From Escherichia coli (GTDB lineage Bacteria > Pseudomonadota > Gammaproteobacteria > Enterobacterales > Enterobacteriaceae), in the NCBI RefSeq assembly GCF_965641715.1, contig NZ_OZ282453.1: 64,000 nt of DNA. The stretch is one strand, 5' to 3'. Within the stretch, counting starts at the first letter, position 1. The number at the start of each line of letters is the position of its first letter. Under the pieces are notes generated by a model. That model was not told the origin of the DNA. It ran no database searches and worked only from the letters and a program-made list of their open reading frames with translations. This document shows positions 38,306-47,011 of this stretch, piece after piece. Both the position numbers and the translations under genes were made by a program.

Positions 38306-38857
38306 TCACTCCTGTATATCGTTAATGTCATTCAGGCGTTGCTGAAAACGCAGATGTTGTGCCGGGGTGTAAGAGCCCTGGCAATCACGAATCATACTGG
38401 GGTCAGGCATCAAACCGGATTCATCCAGGATCTCACGATAATCCCCGGCAATTTCAGGCGGTGTTATTGCCAGCTGGCGAACCAGAGCACTGCGTAATAT
38501 ACGGGACGCAACGTCAACCCCTCCGCGCCCCTTCAGGAACGGAGCCAGTGCAGATGTCAGGGCTGCCCCATTCGCCTGCATAAAATTGCTGAGAGCGGCT
38601 TCTGTGCAGGCCTCCATCAGTAAATGCTGCGAGTAAATGCATTCGCGCGCAGCACAGTTAATTTGCCATTTCAGCACATCCAGACGTTCCCGCAGGAATT
38701 CGAGCTGTCGGGCATAATCTGCTGGTTTTTCTGTGGCAGCGAGGAGAGATGTTATCTGTTGTTCAACGGCTTTTCGGCTCTCACTATGTCTGGCCCACAG
38801 AATACGGGCATTCCGAAAACTGGTAAGTACCTGGTCAGGTGTGCCTCGGGCCGTCAT
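38306..38857 (-). CDS. Psu-like (polarity suppression / capsid decoration) protein
   Basis: 183 aa; resembles my recollection of P4 Psu (LKWQINCAAR ... FMQANGAALTSALAPFL); overlaps neighbours by 4 bp. Confidence 0.55.
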   Translation of the reverse strand: MTARGTPDQVLTSFRNARILWARHSESRKAVEQQITSLLAATEKPADYARQLEFLRERLDVLKWQINCAARECIYSQHLLMEACTEAALSNFMQANGAALTSALAPFLKGRGGVDVASRILRSALVRQLAITPPEIAGDYREILDESGLMPDPSMIRDCQGSYTPAQHLRFQQRLNDINDIQE

Positions 38858-39597
38858 ACTGCTTTCTCCTTCTCAGCAAGTTCCTGACGAACCTTTATTT
38901 TATGCATAGCTGCTGGAGAGAGTTGATTACTGAAATCCAGACGCGCCGCATAATCCGGGGCAACTCCCGCCAGTTTAAACACCGGGTCCTGTTCAGGCAT
39001 CGCATCGTTAGCCAGAGCCGGTCTGGTGATATGTTTATGAATAAAGTCTTTCAGCACTGTGTCCGGGTCATTAACTGAATTCACCACACCCACAACGGCA
39101 CTGGCTTCCCGGCCCATTGTGGATTTAAGCAGGCTCAGCGTCTGAATAAGCGCTTTTCCATGCGACTGCATAAAATCCTCCCAGATTTGTTTTGCGCGAA
39201 TATCCACAAGAATGTTATGCGCGTGGATATACTTTCCGGCTAATTCCGCAGCTTTCTGCGGCAAAAGTGCATTTTCGCTTTCCTGAGCCGCCAGCAGCTC
39301 ATCAAAATCCTCAAGCGTTTCTCGTCCCAGCGCAATTTCCGTGCGCAGTTTTTTCATTTCCTTTGAGACCACGCCCTGACTTTCACGAAACAGCGTGCGC
39401 CACTCCTCATTCAGTGTATTCGTCGTGGATTCCATTTCAGCGCGACGCTGGCGGATTGTCGCAATATTATCCGCTGCCGCTTTCTGCTGACGACGTGCTT
39501 CAAGCCATGCGTTTCTGGCTGTGTTCATGGTTTCCAGTGCCCGCTGCGTTACAGCCGGAAAAGTGGAAAGGTTGTTATTCACTGCGGTGTTGTTCAT
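38854..39597 (-). CDS. Sid-like (capsid size determination) protein candidate
   Basis: 247 aa; Psu/Sid-fold-like segment; position upstream of psu-like. Confidence 0.45.
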   Translation of the reverse strand: MNNTAVNNNLSTFPAVTQRALETMNTARNAWLEARRQQKAAADNIATIRQRRAEMESTTNTLNEEWRTLFRESQGVVSKEMKKLRTEIALGRETLEDFDELLAAQESENALLPQKAAELAGKYIHAHNILVDIRAKQIWEDFMQSHGKALIQTLSLLKSTMGREASAVVGVVNSVNDPDTVLKDFIHKHITRPALANDAMPEQDPVFKLAGVAPDYAARLDFSNQLSPAAMHKIKVRQELAEKEKAV

Positions 39598-39776
39598 GAC
39601 TTCTCCTGTCGGGTTGGTTCGTTACGTCAATTGTGTCGTGGCTGACACAAGCACACTATCGGTGCTCAGTGTGTGGTGGCTGGCACAACGGGCGCTTGCG
39701 GTTATTCAGACGTGGCTATGAAAGCCAGCCAGATAAAAATGCCCACTGTTTCAGTCTGCTTTATGTCCCTGATGCG

Positions 39777-39964
39777 GTGGAACAGGTGAAACATGTGTTA
39801 CAGCTTTGTTTTATAAATCATTTATATACACTGCACCGGTGGAACATCGCGGGTAACAAGGTGGAACAGCGGATTGGCTGGCGTTACATCTGTTCCACCT
39901 CACTATTTCAGAAGGTGGAACAGGTTCAGCCCCTGTAAAATACGGTTGTTCCACCTGTTTCACC
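39777..39964. repeat. Iteron cluster: at least 8 copies of GGTGGAACA / TGTTCCACC (and GGTGAAACA variants) in both orientations; candidate replication region
   Basis: Copies at 39777, 39785, 39838, 39860, 39891, 39914, 39947, 39956; similar to the P4 type-I iteron TGTTCACC; immediately 3' of the alpha gene. Confidence 0.55.
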
Positions 39965-39998
39965 TGTTACCCTTAATAAATAAGACTCACGCAAAGCC

Positions 39999-42671
39999 TT
40001 AACCCGGCACCTCGCTGTTGAAGACATAGAGCCTGCGGGGATTCATCTCTGGCGGGCGAATGGTTGTCTGGAGTTTGCCATCAGTGGAGGGCAGCAGGTA
40101 TCCACGATCTGCGCACAGACGCGCCACCTTGCGCGGGTCAAATCCCCTGCAGATTTCTTTCCAGCCGGACGGCATGACATAAAACGTAGTGACAGCTTCC
40201 GTGCCCTGCGCGGTACTGCCTTTCTCCACCCTGCGCCAGCCCACCATATTGGCGGGGCGGTTGCGCTCGTCATACCAGTCTGCAAAGCGGCTGTACTGAT
40301 TCGCGGTAAAGAAACTGCGAACCTGCTCCAGTGCGGCGATATCTTCCTGATTGGCGGTGTGCCCGCGCTCTTTCAGCCATGCGTTCAGGCAGACGCGGGT
40401 TGCCCGCAATGCTTCACCCTCAGGCCAGCCGGTGATACCCTGACGGGTTGCCAGTTCACCTGCCATCGCCACCAGTGCAAAGCGGTTCACAGCCCGGCCC
40501 ACCTGATTGCCTGCATCTTTCGGAGTCAGGGCGGCAGCATATTCCTTCATCAGCGATTTTGCCTGTGCCGTTAGTCCGTTAAGATCAGCGGTCAGTGCTT
40601 TCAGCCACTCCCGGAACGGCGAACCGTAGTAGCAGGACGTGGCCCATTCAAGATGCTCTGCCAGAGCCTTGCCGCTGTCGAAGCCGTGCAGCTCCTCAAA
40701 AACGCCAAACTTCCCGGAATCGCTGGGGATCTGGATCATCCTGACTTCCATCCCGGCAAAAGTACGCTCACCGGCCTTTGCCGCATGTTCGGTCAGAGAT
40801 AACTCGCCAGTTGAAAAGAACAACAGGCGCCACTGCTTACGGGTACGCAGTTCACCGTCCGTACCGGCACGACCCTTGCCCTGACCGTTTGCCAGCATGT
40901 AGGCGATATTGCCTGCCTCGCGTCCGTCAACTTCCCGGATCTCATCAAGCATCATGGCGGCATCGTTGCGGCGGCTGGCACATCCCTCCAGCGCGTTGCC
41001 GGTGGCCCGCCATGTCTGCCAGTAGTCAGGCCCGCCGCAGACGGAGGTTGCCGCTTTCATGGTGGTGGTCTTACCGTCTGTCGATTCCCCTTTGAGGTGG
41101 TAGCCGCCGCCGTCCATACCAACCAGCCGTAACAGTGGTGCAGCAAAGGCCAGGCTGACAGCAAATGCCACGCGGGAGTTGCCGGTACAGTAGCGGGATA
41201 CGTTCTCCCGCCATTCCTCTGTTGTGCCCGACACGCGGAAATCACGCCCCTGCACGGAAGTGGTCTGGAGAATGACACCCTCTGCACCTTCACCGCTGAC
41301 CTCATCCTGCAGGACGTAAACCTGACCATGCCAGCCAGTACGGCTGACGCAGGTCACGCGACGTTCCGGTTTACACAGTGAGATATATTCCATCAGGCGT
41401 GCGCGTGCCTCACCGGTGGTGCTGATATAAGACAGCCCGTTAACAAGCAGTACCCGGCGCAGTTCCTCACCACTGCCGCTCAGCATTTCCATCGGCATCG
41501 CCCAGCGGCGACGCTCACCCCACGTATCTTCCCATTCCAGCAGTCGTCCGAAGTTACCGCCATCGGCATCGCAGGTGATTGCCGTCACGCGCAGCGGGCT
41601 GCATATTTTGACGTTCTGGATCTCCGTCTCACCGTTGCGCTGTACCTGCTTTTCATACCAGAGATATTCCTGGGTAAGACGGAACCCGTGCGGCAGTTGC
41701 GTGCGGCCTTCCCCGCACAGTACCAGACCGTTGCGAAAGGCTTCACGGGCACGGGTAATACCGTGCTCCCGATGAAAGTCATTCCAGTCAGCCTTAATCT
41801 CTCCTGGTGGCAGCGTCATCCAGCCGCCAACAGCTTTTGCCGCCCGTTCAGCAAAGGCTCTGCCGGGATTCTCCCCCCCGTCCTGAAAATCGTTATCACC
41901 GGCGATGATAATTTTTACCTCAGGCCAGCGTGCCCGCAGCGACTGCGCCACATTGGGCAGGTTGCCCGCAGATATGGCAGCCACTACGCATCCGGCAGTG
42001 AGCTGGCTTACCGTCAGCGCCGTAGCGTAACCTTCGGTAATCACCACCTGTACCGGTGGTTCAGACGGTAACGGGCTGAGCGACACAAACGCGCCTTTCA
42101 TCGTGCTGCCGGGCAGTATGCTTTTTTCACCCGTCGGGGCGATAAGCTGTGCACCGGTCACGGCTCCGGTGTTGGTCGTGAGTGGTAACAGCAGGGAACC
42201 AGCAGGAAAATCCTTACCGCTGATATGCTGCACGCTTCCGGTCAGAGAGGCCGGGTATCCGGCGAACCCTTTTCCTGCCAGATAGGCACTTTCTCCCGTG
42301 TGGCTCTCTTTCATCAGCGTCGCCACGGTAAGGCTCATGTCGCGTTTAGGGGCTTTTTGTCTGGCAGGCTTAACAGGCAGTTCCTGCACATCCGGCACAT
42401 TAAGCACCTGCGCCACCTGCTGCGCAGCCTTTCTGACGTTGTAGCCGGTTACGAGCTTAACCAGATCCAGACCGTCACCATTGCCACACTGGCTGCAGAT
42501 CCACGTCCCGCGCCCGTCAAGGTCATCGAGGCGAAAACGATCCTTGCCCCCACATTTCGGGCAGGGACCGTGCCTGCCGTTTTCAGGTACATCAATACGC
42601 AGCATATGCAGAATAACGGGCCATTTCCCCCGCGCGGCGGCTGAAATCTGCGTAACCGTCTGTATTGTCAT
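39999..42671 (-). CDS. P4 alpha-like primase/helicase
   Basis: 890 aa; N-terminal zinc-binding CPKCGG...CSQCG; Walker A GESTDGKTT. Confidence 0.8.
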   Translation of the reverse strand: MTIQTVTQISAAARGKWPVILHMLRIDVPENGRHGPCPKCGGKDRFRLDDLDGRGTWICSQCGNGDGLDLVKLVTGYNVRKAAQQVAQVLNVPDVQELPVKPARQKAPKRDMSLTVATLMKESHTGESAYLAGKGFAGYPASLTGSVQHISGKDFPAGSLLLPLTTNTGAVTGAQLIAPTGEKSILPGSTMKGAFVSLSPLPSEPPVQVVITEGYATALTVSQLTAGCVVAAISAGNLPNVAQSLRARWPEVKIIIAGDNDFQDGGENPGRAFAERAAKAVGGWMTLPPGEIKADWNDFHREHGITRAREAFRNGLVLCGEGRTQLPHGFRLTQEYLWYEKQVQRNGETEIQNVKICSPLRVTAITCDADGGNFGRLLEWEDTWGERRRWAMPMEMLSGSGEELRRVLLVNGLSYISTTGEARARLMEYISLCKPERRVTCVSRTGWHGQVYVLQDEVSGEGAEGVILQTTSVQGRDFRVSGTTEEWRENVSRYCTGNSRVAFAVSLAFAAPLLRLVGMDGGGYHLKGESTDGKTTTMKAATSVCGGPDYWQTWRATGNALEGCASRRNDAAMMLDEIREVDGREAGNIAYMLANGQGKGRAGTDGELRTRKQWRLLFFSTGELSLTEHAAKAGERTFAGMEVRMIQIPSDSGKFGVFEELHGFDSGKALAEHLEWATSCYYGSPFREWLKALTADLNGLTAQAKSLMKEYAAALTPKDAGNQVGRAVNRFALVAMAGELATRQGITGWPEGEALRATRVCLNAWLKERGHTANQEDIAALEQVRSFFTANQYSRFADWYDERNRPANMVGWRRVEKGSTAQGTEAVTTFYVMPSGWKEICRGFDPRKVARLCADRGYLLPSTDGKLQTTIRPPEMNPRRLYVFNSEVPG

Positions 42672-43051
42672 ACTTCCCCCTGATACAACGTCACACCAGT
42701 ACTGCAGAAGTCATCAAAGGTCGCCGGAAGCGTGCGGTACATCTCCGCCATTACTTCACAGCCGCGCGCGGTCAGTACCGGCGGCGCGGTCAGCAGTGAC
42801 GGCTCCAGCATGTCAGTCAGCAGTGCCAGCGCGGCAGCGGCGCCCTGTGCTTCGCCGTACTCGTTAATCAGTGCGCACTCGATATGCAGCGCAATGGCCA
42901 TTTCAATACGCTCCACCGTCAGGCTGTGCGGACCATACTGATCACTGCCAGTTTCGTTCAGCATTTTCTGCCGCCATGCTGAAGCAATAGCCCGCCGGTA
43001 AAGCGCGGTTGTCATTTCTGCCGGGAAAATGGAAACCTGCGGCTGGTTCAT
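42668..43051 (-). CDS. Hypothetical protein, satellite left operon
   Basis: 127-aa ORF; 4-bp overlap with the alpha start and the upstream ORF. Confidence 0.4.
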   Translation of the reverse strand: MNQPQVSIFPAEMTTALYRRAIASAWRQKMLNETGSDQYGPHSLTVERIEMAIALHIECALINEYGEAQGAAAALALLTDMLEPSLLTAPPVLTARGCEVMAEMYRTLPATFDDFCSTGVTLYQGEV

Positions 43052-43332
43052 CTGGCACCTCCTTCAATCAGTGCACAGCTGTGCGCAATATCCGTCAAAT
43101 CTGCCCGCAGGTACTCCATCAGCGCGGCGACACCATGCGCACAGCCAGCGTCCAGTGCTCCGGCCTGAGACGGGTATTCAGAAAAGAGAAGCTGGAGCAT
43201 GTCGCAGGCATTTCTTGCGCGGGTCAGCTTTCCGAAACTGTCCTCTGACAACCCATAGGCAAAAGCACCGGTATTGTGTTTTTCAGGCAAAGTGTGGCCC
43301 TGAGCACCGTTGTGCCCGTTTGAAATATTCAT
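43048..43332 (-). CDS. Hypothetical protein, satellite left operon (epsilon-position)
   Basis: 94-aa ORF in an overlapping gene train. Confidence 0.4.
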   Translation of the reverse strand: MNISNGHNGAQGHTLPEKHNTGAFAYGLSEDSFGKLTRARNACDMLQLLFSEYPSQAGALDAGCAHGVAALMEYLRADLTDIAHSCALIEGGAR

Positions 43333-43363
43333 CGTGGATTACTCCGTTTTCAGCGGTATTTTG

Positions 43364-43723
43364 TCAGAGAAACTTTGAATAGTGACCGTCGTCAGGCTCA
43401 GCAGAACGCCGTATGCTACGCTCCCGCCAGCGGATAAATAGCACAGACGGATGCAGTGTCAGCGGGCCGGAACCACTACCGCCTGCAGGAGCTGGTGCAG
43501 GCTTAAAGAGCGGTACATCAAACAGGCGCGTATACCGCTGTTCAAACCATGCCAGAGGGCAGGAAGAAAGCTGGTTGTCGCTGTCATGACGTATCAGCAC
43601 TTCACAGCTGAATTCAGGATTAACCAGCGCCACAGAGGGCGAGGCTTCAATTAATCGGATAATCGTGACCGTCCAGCCACGTTCATGCTGCCAGCGTTCG
43701 CCGGGGTGCGGATAATTACGCAT
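43364..43723 (-). CDS. Hypothetical protein, satellite left operon
   Basis: 119 aa from the internal Met MRNYPHPGERW; ATG overlaps the stop of the upstream small ORF. Confidence 0.4.
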   Translation of the reverse strand: MRNYPHPGERWQHERGWTVTIIRLIEASPSVALVNPEFSCEVLIRHDSDNQLSSCPLAWFEQRYTRLFDVPLFKPAPAPAGGSGSGPLTLHPSVLFIRWRERSIRRSAEPDDGHYSKFL

Positions 43724-43892
43724 GTTCACCTCCGCAGGGAATGCGCCCGGCAAAGCTCAGTACATAATCCGGGGCAAGTCTTCGCCGCGCTGACCGCTCG
43801 TTATCTGCGGTGATCCTTAACATCACAGGACGGGCATTGCGTTGACTGCGGTTGATCGCCGCAAATAACCAGGTACACTTCTGTTTAGCCAT
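43716..43892 (-). CDS. Small basic protein (58 aa), first gene of the left operon
   Basis: ATG with AAGAGG Shine-Dalgarno 8 nt upstream; MAKQKCTWLFAAINRSQRNARPVMLRI...; not in the ORF track. Confidence 0.3.
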   Translation of the reverse strand: MAKQKCTWLFAAINRSQRNARPVMLRITADNERSARRRLAPDYVLSFAGRIPCGGEHA

Positions 43893-43983
43893 CTTCGTTA
43901 CCTCTTATAACGGTTGGTTAAATGCCCGATTTGTGTTCCCGCACAATCGGGCATTGCTTTTACAAGCGAACTATACTTACAAT

Positions 43984-44023
43984 GGTAATTACCATGTAGT
44001 CATCATATTCCAGGGTAATTACC
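43984..44023. promoter_or_regulatory. Two copies of the perfect 10-bp palindrome GGTAATTACC (43984-43993 and 44014-44023); candidate operators
   Basis: Read directly; between the divergent left operon and the RHH ORF. Confidence 0.4.
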
Positions 44024-44197
44024 ATGTCAACACCACAAGAGAAACGTTCCCCACCATTCCAAATGCGTCTTACCGACGATTTTAGGTTGCAACTCGAAAA
44101 AGAAATGCGCAAAGATGGAGATAGCGCGTTGGCAACTTGGATTAAAAGAATTTTACGTAAAGAACTACAATCACGCGGGATTGACCCTAAAGGTTAA
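44024..44197 (+). CDS. Ribbon-helix-helix (Arc/MetJ-like) candidate repressor, 57 aa
   Basis: MSTPQEKRSPPFQMRLTDDFRLQLEKEMRKDGDSALATWIKRILRKELQSRGIDPKG; beta-strand plus two helices pattern; not in the ORF track. Confidence 0.45.
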   Translation: MSTPQEKRSPPFQMRLTDDFRLQLEKEMRKDGDSALATWIKRILRKELQSRGIDPKG

Positions 44198-44229
44198 TCA
44201 GTTAAATATTACTAACTATCAATTAAGGC

Positions 44230-44520
44230 TTAGGGAGTAGGTGATAATCTATTCCCTTTATTAATTGCTCTTGCCTTATTTCTCATCCCCTCAAACTGTT
44301 GACCTGAGTTTTCTTCAAACCCATCTCGCCACTTATAATAATCAGCAGCGCGCCATCGGGACATCCGACCTATTTTTATAGGTTTTGGAAAGCGATTCAG
44401 AGAAATCAATCGATAAATCCATTTGTCACTTAATAAACAATCGGAAGTAATAAACTTCATATCGATCAGAGAATCCATTGAAGGTCGTTGCAAAGTAGTA
44501 TTATCATGTTTAGATAACAT
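44230..44520 (-). CDS. alpA: AlpA-family prophage regulatory protein
   Basis: Motif IYRLISLNRFPKPIKIGRMSRWRAADYYKW typical of AlpA; true start may be an internal Met. Confidence 0.65.
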   Translation of the reverse strand: MLSKHDNTTLQRPSMDSLIDMKFITSDCLLSDKWIYRLISLNRFPKPIKIGRMSRWRAADYYKWRDGFEENSGQQFEGMRNKARAINKGNRLSPTP

Positions 44521-44645
44521 TCATCATTCTCCGTTTATCTAAGTCTATTGGCTTCAACACGGAAAATTAAAACATAGGTTATAAATGAGAAAAATGTGAC
44601 TAATGAAAAAAATCCAAAATCATTAGTCACAATAATTGTTAACAT

Positions 44646-45470
44646 TTAGTTAAACTTAATGTTTTTCATGCAACTACGTAGCAAGCTAACAACAGTATCA
44701 TAGCTCAAAGGTGGTTCTCCGGTCTTAGGCCAGAACTCACTGGCATGTTGAAAAAGATAATCAGCTATCGCTGCTGGACTCTCTCTTCTTAGCCTCATAT
44801 CACGATGATAGAGCGAAATAATAGCCATGAGTATTTCAGTTCGAGGAACAGCATGTTTTTGTTTTTGCGCCTCAGATTGTGATTTATATTTATTGGCGTT
44901 TTTTATCCGTTTTTGTTCGCATAAGACTATATCAATGAATTTTTGAATCTGTACCTTTGTAATCCACAAAACCTCAAAAAGATAATAATTTTCTTTTTCA
45001 TCATAATTTACATAAAGAATTACCTTACAATTTATATTAGGCGTACCCGCCAGTAGAAAATGAATAGGCCAGGAATCCGGTTGCCCCTCATGCTTAACTA
45101 ACAGATCTTTATATTCATAATCAACAGCCCATAAACCGGATATAAAGCATCGAATAAAACCATTTTTATCAATTAAATTATTTTCATCAGGGATTCTTAT
45201 AGAGCTTAAGTCTGACAACATAATATTGCCATTTCTATCTCGTGGTAAATATTTCAGATTAGATAAGAACTCATCCAGTTGACCATCAATCTTCAAACCA
45301 CATGAAACATCATACTCATCATCATGGAATTCCATGCATAGCTCTACATCTCGTTCTCTGGCAAACCAGAGTATATCCTTTTCACTACAACCAATTTTTT
45401 CTGAAGCTTCATCCAACTGGTAGTAATCTCTGAGCAGAGAATCAGTATTATTAATTTTTAAAATATTCAT
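44646..45470 (-). CDS. Hypothetical protein (274 aa), AT-rich island cargo
   Basis: Long ORF; start overlaps the integrase stop by 4 bp; no motif recognised. Confidence 0.5.
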   Translation of the reverse strand: MNILKINNTDSLLRDYYQLDEASEKIGCSEKDILWFARERDVELCMEFHDDEYDVSCGLKIDGQLDEFLSNLKYLPRDRNGNIMLSDLSSIRIPDENNLIDKNGFIRCFISGLWAVDYEYKDLLVKHEGQPDSWPIHFLLAGTPNINCKVILYVNYDEKENYYLFEVLWITKVQIQKFIDIVLCEQKRIKNANKYKSQSEAQKQKHAVPRTEILMAIISLYHRDMRLRRESPAAIADYLFQHASEFWPKTGEPPLSYDTVVSLLRSCMKNIKFN

Positions 45471-46657
45471 TTATGAGTACCAATTAGCTCAGATAAATAA
45501 TTAGCATACCATTGCATCATTTCTCTTCTCCCTTCGAGATATTGGGCATGGTTATAAATTCCACGAATAGAGTTTTTGTCCGAATGAGCAAGCTGGGTTT
45601 CAATCCAAGCGCTGTTAAATCCTTTCTCATGTAGAATTGTACTCATCGTATGCCTGAAACCATGTCCCGTAACACGCCCTGCATATCCAATACGTTTAAA
45701 CACCTGATTGATGCTTGCTTCACTCATAAATTTGCTAGGATCGTTGCGTCCAGGGAACATCAGCGGGTAGTTCCCAGTTAGTTCTTTCAAACTTTTGAGA
45801 TGGGATAATGCTTGTTTTGGTAACGGGACAATATGGCTCCTACGCATTTTCATACGTTCTTTTGGGATCTCCCACACCGCATTATCAAAATCCACCTCTC
45901 GCCACTCACCTGCTCGTAGTTCTCCAGTTCGTAGACCTGTCAGGATAAGTAAATGCGCCCCCAACAATACAATTGGACTTCCTGAATAAGAATTAAGGGC
46001 ATTAAAGAACTCCGGTAGTTCGTTGGCTTTGAGGAATGGATAGTGGACTGCTTCATGTCCTTGCATCGCACTGGCAAGATCCGGTGCCGGATTGTAGATT
46101 GCCCTACCCGTTACGATGGCATAGCGAAAAACTTCACCGCATCGCTGACGGACTTTCTTCGCTTTCTCCATAGCGCCTCGAGCTTCTATCAACCTCAGAA
46201 CTTCAAGCAGTTCAAGGGGCTGAATATCAGCTATAGGTCTGTGCCCAATATGCGGAAAAATGTCTTTCTCAAATGCCTCAATGATGTCGGAAGCATAGCC
46301 CTCAGACCATTTGGATGATTTCATTTTGTGCCACTCTAACGCCACTTCTCTGAATGGGTTAAGTGTCTCAATCGCTGCGTTTAAAGCCTGCTTTTTGGCT
46401 TTTTTGACTTCGCCGGGATCTTCACCTGCTGCGAGTAGTTTCTTTGCGTCTTCTCGTTTTTGTCTGGCATCAGCAAGTGTGACTGTTGGATAAACACCAA
46501 AGGACAATCGTTTCTCTTTACCAGCAAAACGGTATTTCATACGCCAGTAACGCGAGCCATTAGGTTCGACCTGAAGGTATAGGCCACCTCCATCAAACAG
46601 CTTATAGCTCTTCTCTTTTCCTTTCGCAGCTTCAACCTTGCGGGCATTCAGCATCAT
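45467..46657 (-). CDS. int: Tyrosine integrase (P4-type), tRNA-adjacent
   Basis: N-terminal SYKLFDGGGLYLQVEPNGSRYWRMKYRF; C-terminal catalytic HxxR...Y (HGFRHT ... GIYNHAQYLEGR); ORF extends to 46726. Confidence 0.85.
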   Translation of the reverse strand: MMLNARKVEAAKGKEKSYKLFDGGGLYLQVEPNGSRYWRMKYRFAGKEKRLSFGVYPTVTLADARQKREDAKKLLAAGEDPGEVKKAKKQALNAAIETLNPFREVALEWHKMKSSKWSEGYASDIIEAFEKDIFPHIGHRPIADIQPLELLEVLRLIEARGAMEKAKKVRQRCGEVFRYAIVTGRAIYNPAPDLASAMQGHEAVHYPFLKANELPEFFNALNSYSGSPIVLLGAHLLILTGLRTGELRAGEWREVDFDNAVWEIPKERMKMRRSHIVPLPKQALSHLKSLKELTGNYPLMFPGRNDPSKFMSEASINQVFKRIGYAGRVTGHGFRHTMSTILHEKGFNSAWIETQLAHSDKNSIRGIYNHAQYLEGRREMMQWYANYLSELIGTHK

Positions 46658-46821
46658 TGGGGGCACATTTCCTAGACCGAACAGAACATGCCCCTGATTG
46701 TGCCCCCAACCGCGTGTTGATTTCAAGAGACAAGGGTTGACCTCAAACGTATGAAAACAACGTAATATATATGTTTTTAAATGATTTTGTTGATGTGGGT
46801 TGACTTGGGAAAACTAGGTGA

Positions 46822-46897
46822 TGGTGCCGATAATAGGAGTCGAACCTACGACCTTCGCATTACGAATGCGCTGCTCTACCAACTGAGCTATATCGGC
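46822..46897 (-). tRNA. thrW: tRNA-Thr (anticodon CGU)
   Basis: 76-nt cloverleaf GCCGATATAGCTCAGTTGGTAGAGCAGCGCATTCGTAATGCGAAGGTCGTAGGTTCGACTCCTATTATCGGCACCA on the minus strand; 3' end duplicated at attL. Confidence 0.9.
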
Positions 46898-47011
46898 CCT
46901 GAAAGGACATGTTCACGAACGTGAATCACGGTGGACAAGGGTAAAACTAACCGGGCGATGCGTCAATGGCCTTGTGAATCAAATGGCTACTTTTGCATCA
47001 CCCGGTTTTAT

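Larger units (their letters stand above)
35194..46838. mobile_element. P4-like satellite prophage / integrative island (~11.6 kb) at tRNA-Thr thrW
   Basis: tRNA-adjacent tyrosine integrase, AlpA, alpha-type primase/helicase, iterons, Sid/Psu/Ogr-Delta homologs; flanked by the 18-bp direct repeat; AT-rich cargo at the att-distal end. Confidence 0.75.

Noticed and set aside
39192-39938. Plus-strand ORFs (135, 66 and 101 aa) over the sid-like gene and the iteron cluster
   Set aside because: Antisense to the sid-like gene, or composed of iteron repeats; the repeat structure explains the open frames.
39777-39964. Possible CRISPR array suggested by short repeated motifs
   Set aside because: Repeats are 9 bp, occur in both orientations with irregular spacing, and there are no cas genes nearby; they fit replication iterons instead.
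43852-44085. 77-aa plus-strand ORF across the palindromic operator region
   Set aside because: Spans the divergent promoter and palindromes in a different frame from the well-formed 57-aa RHH ORF.
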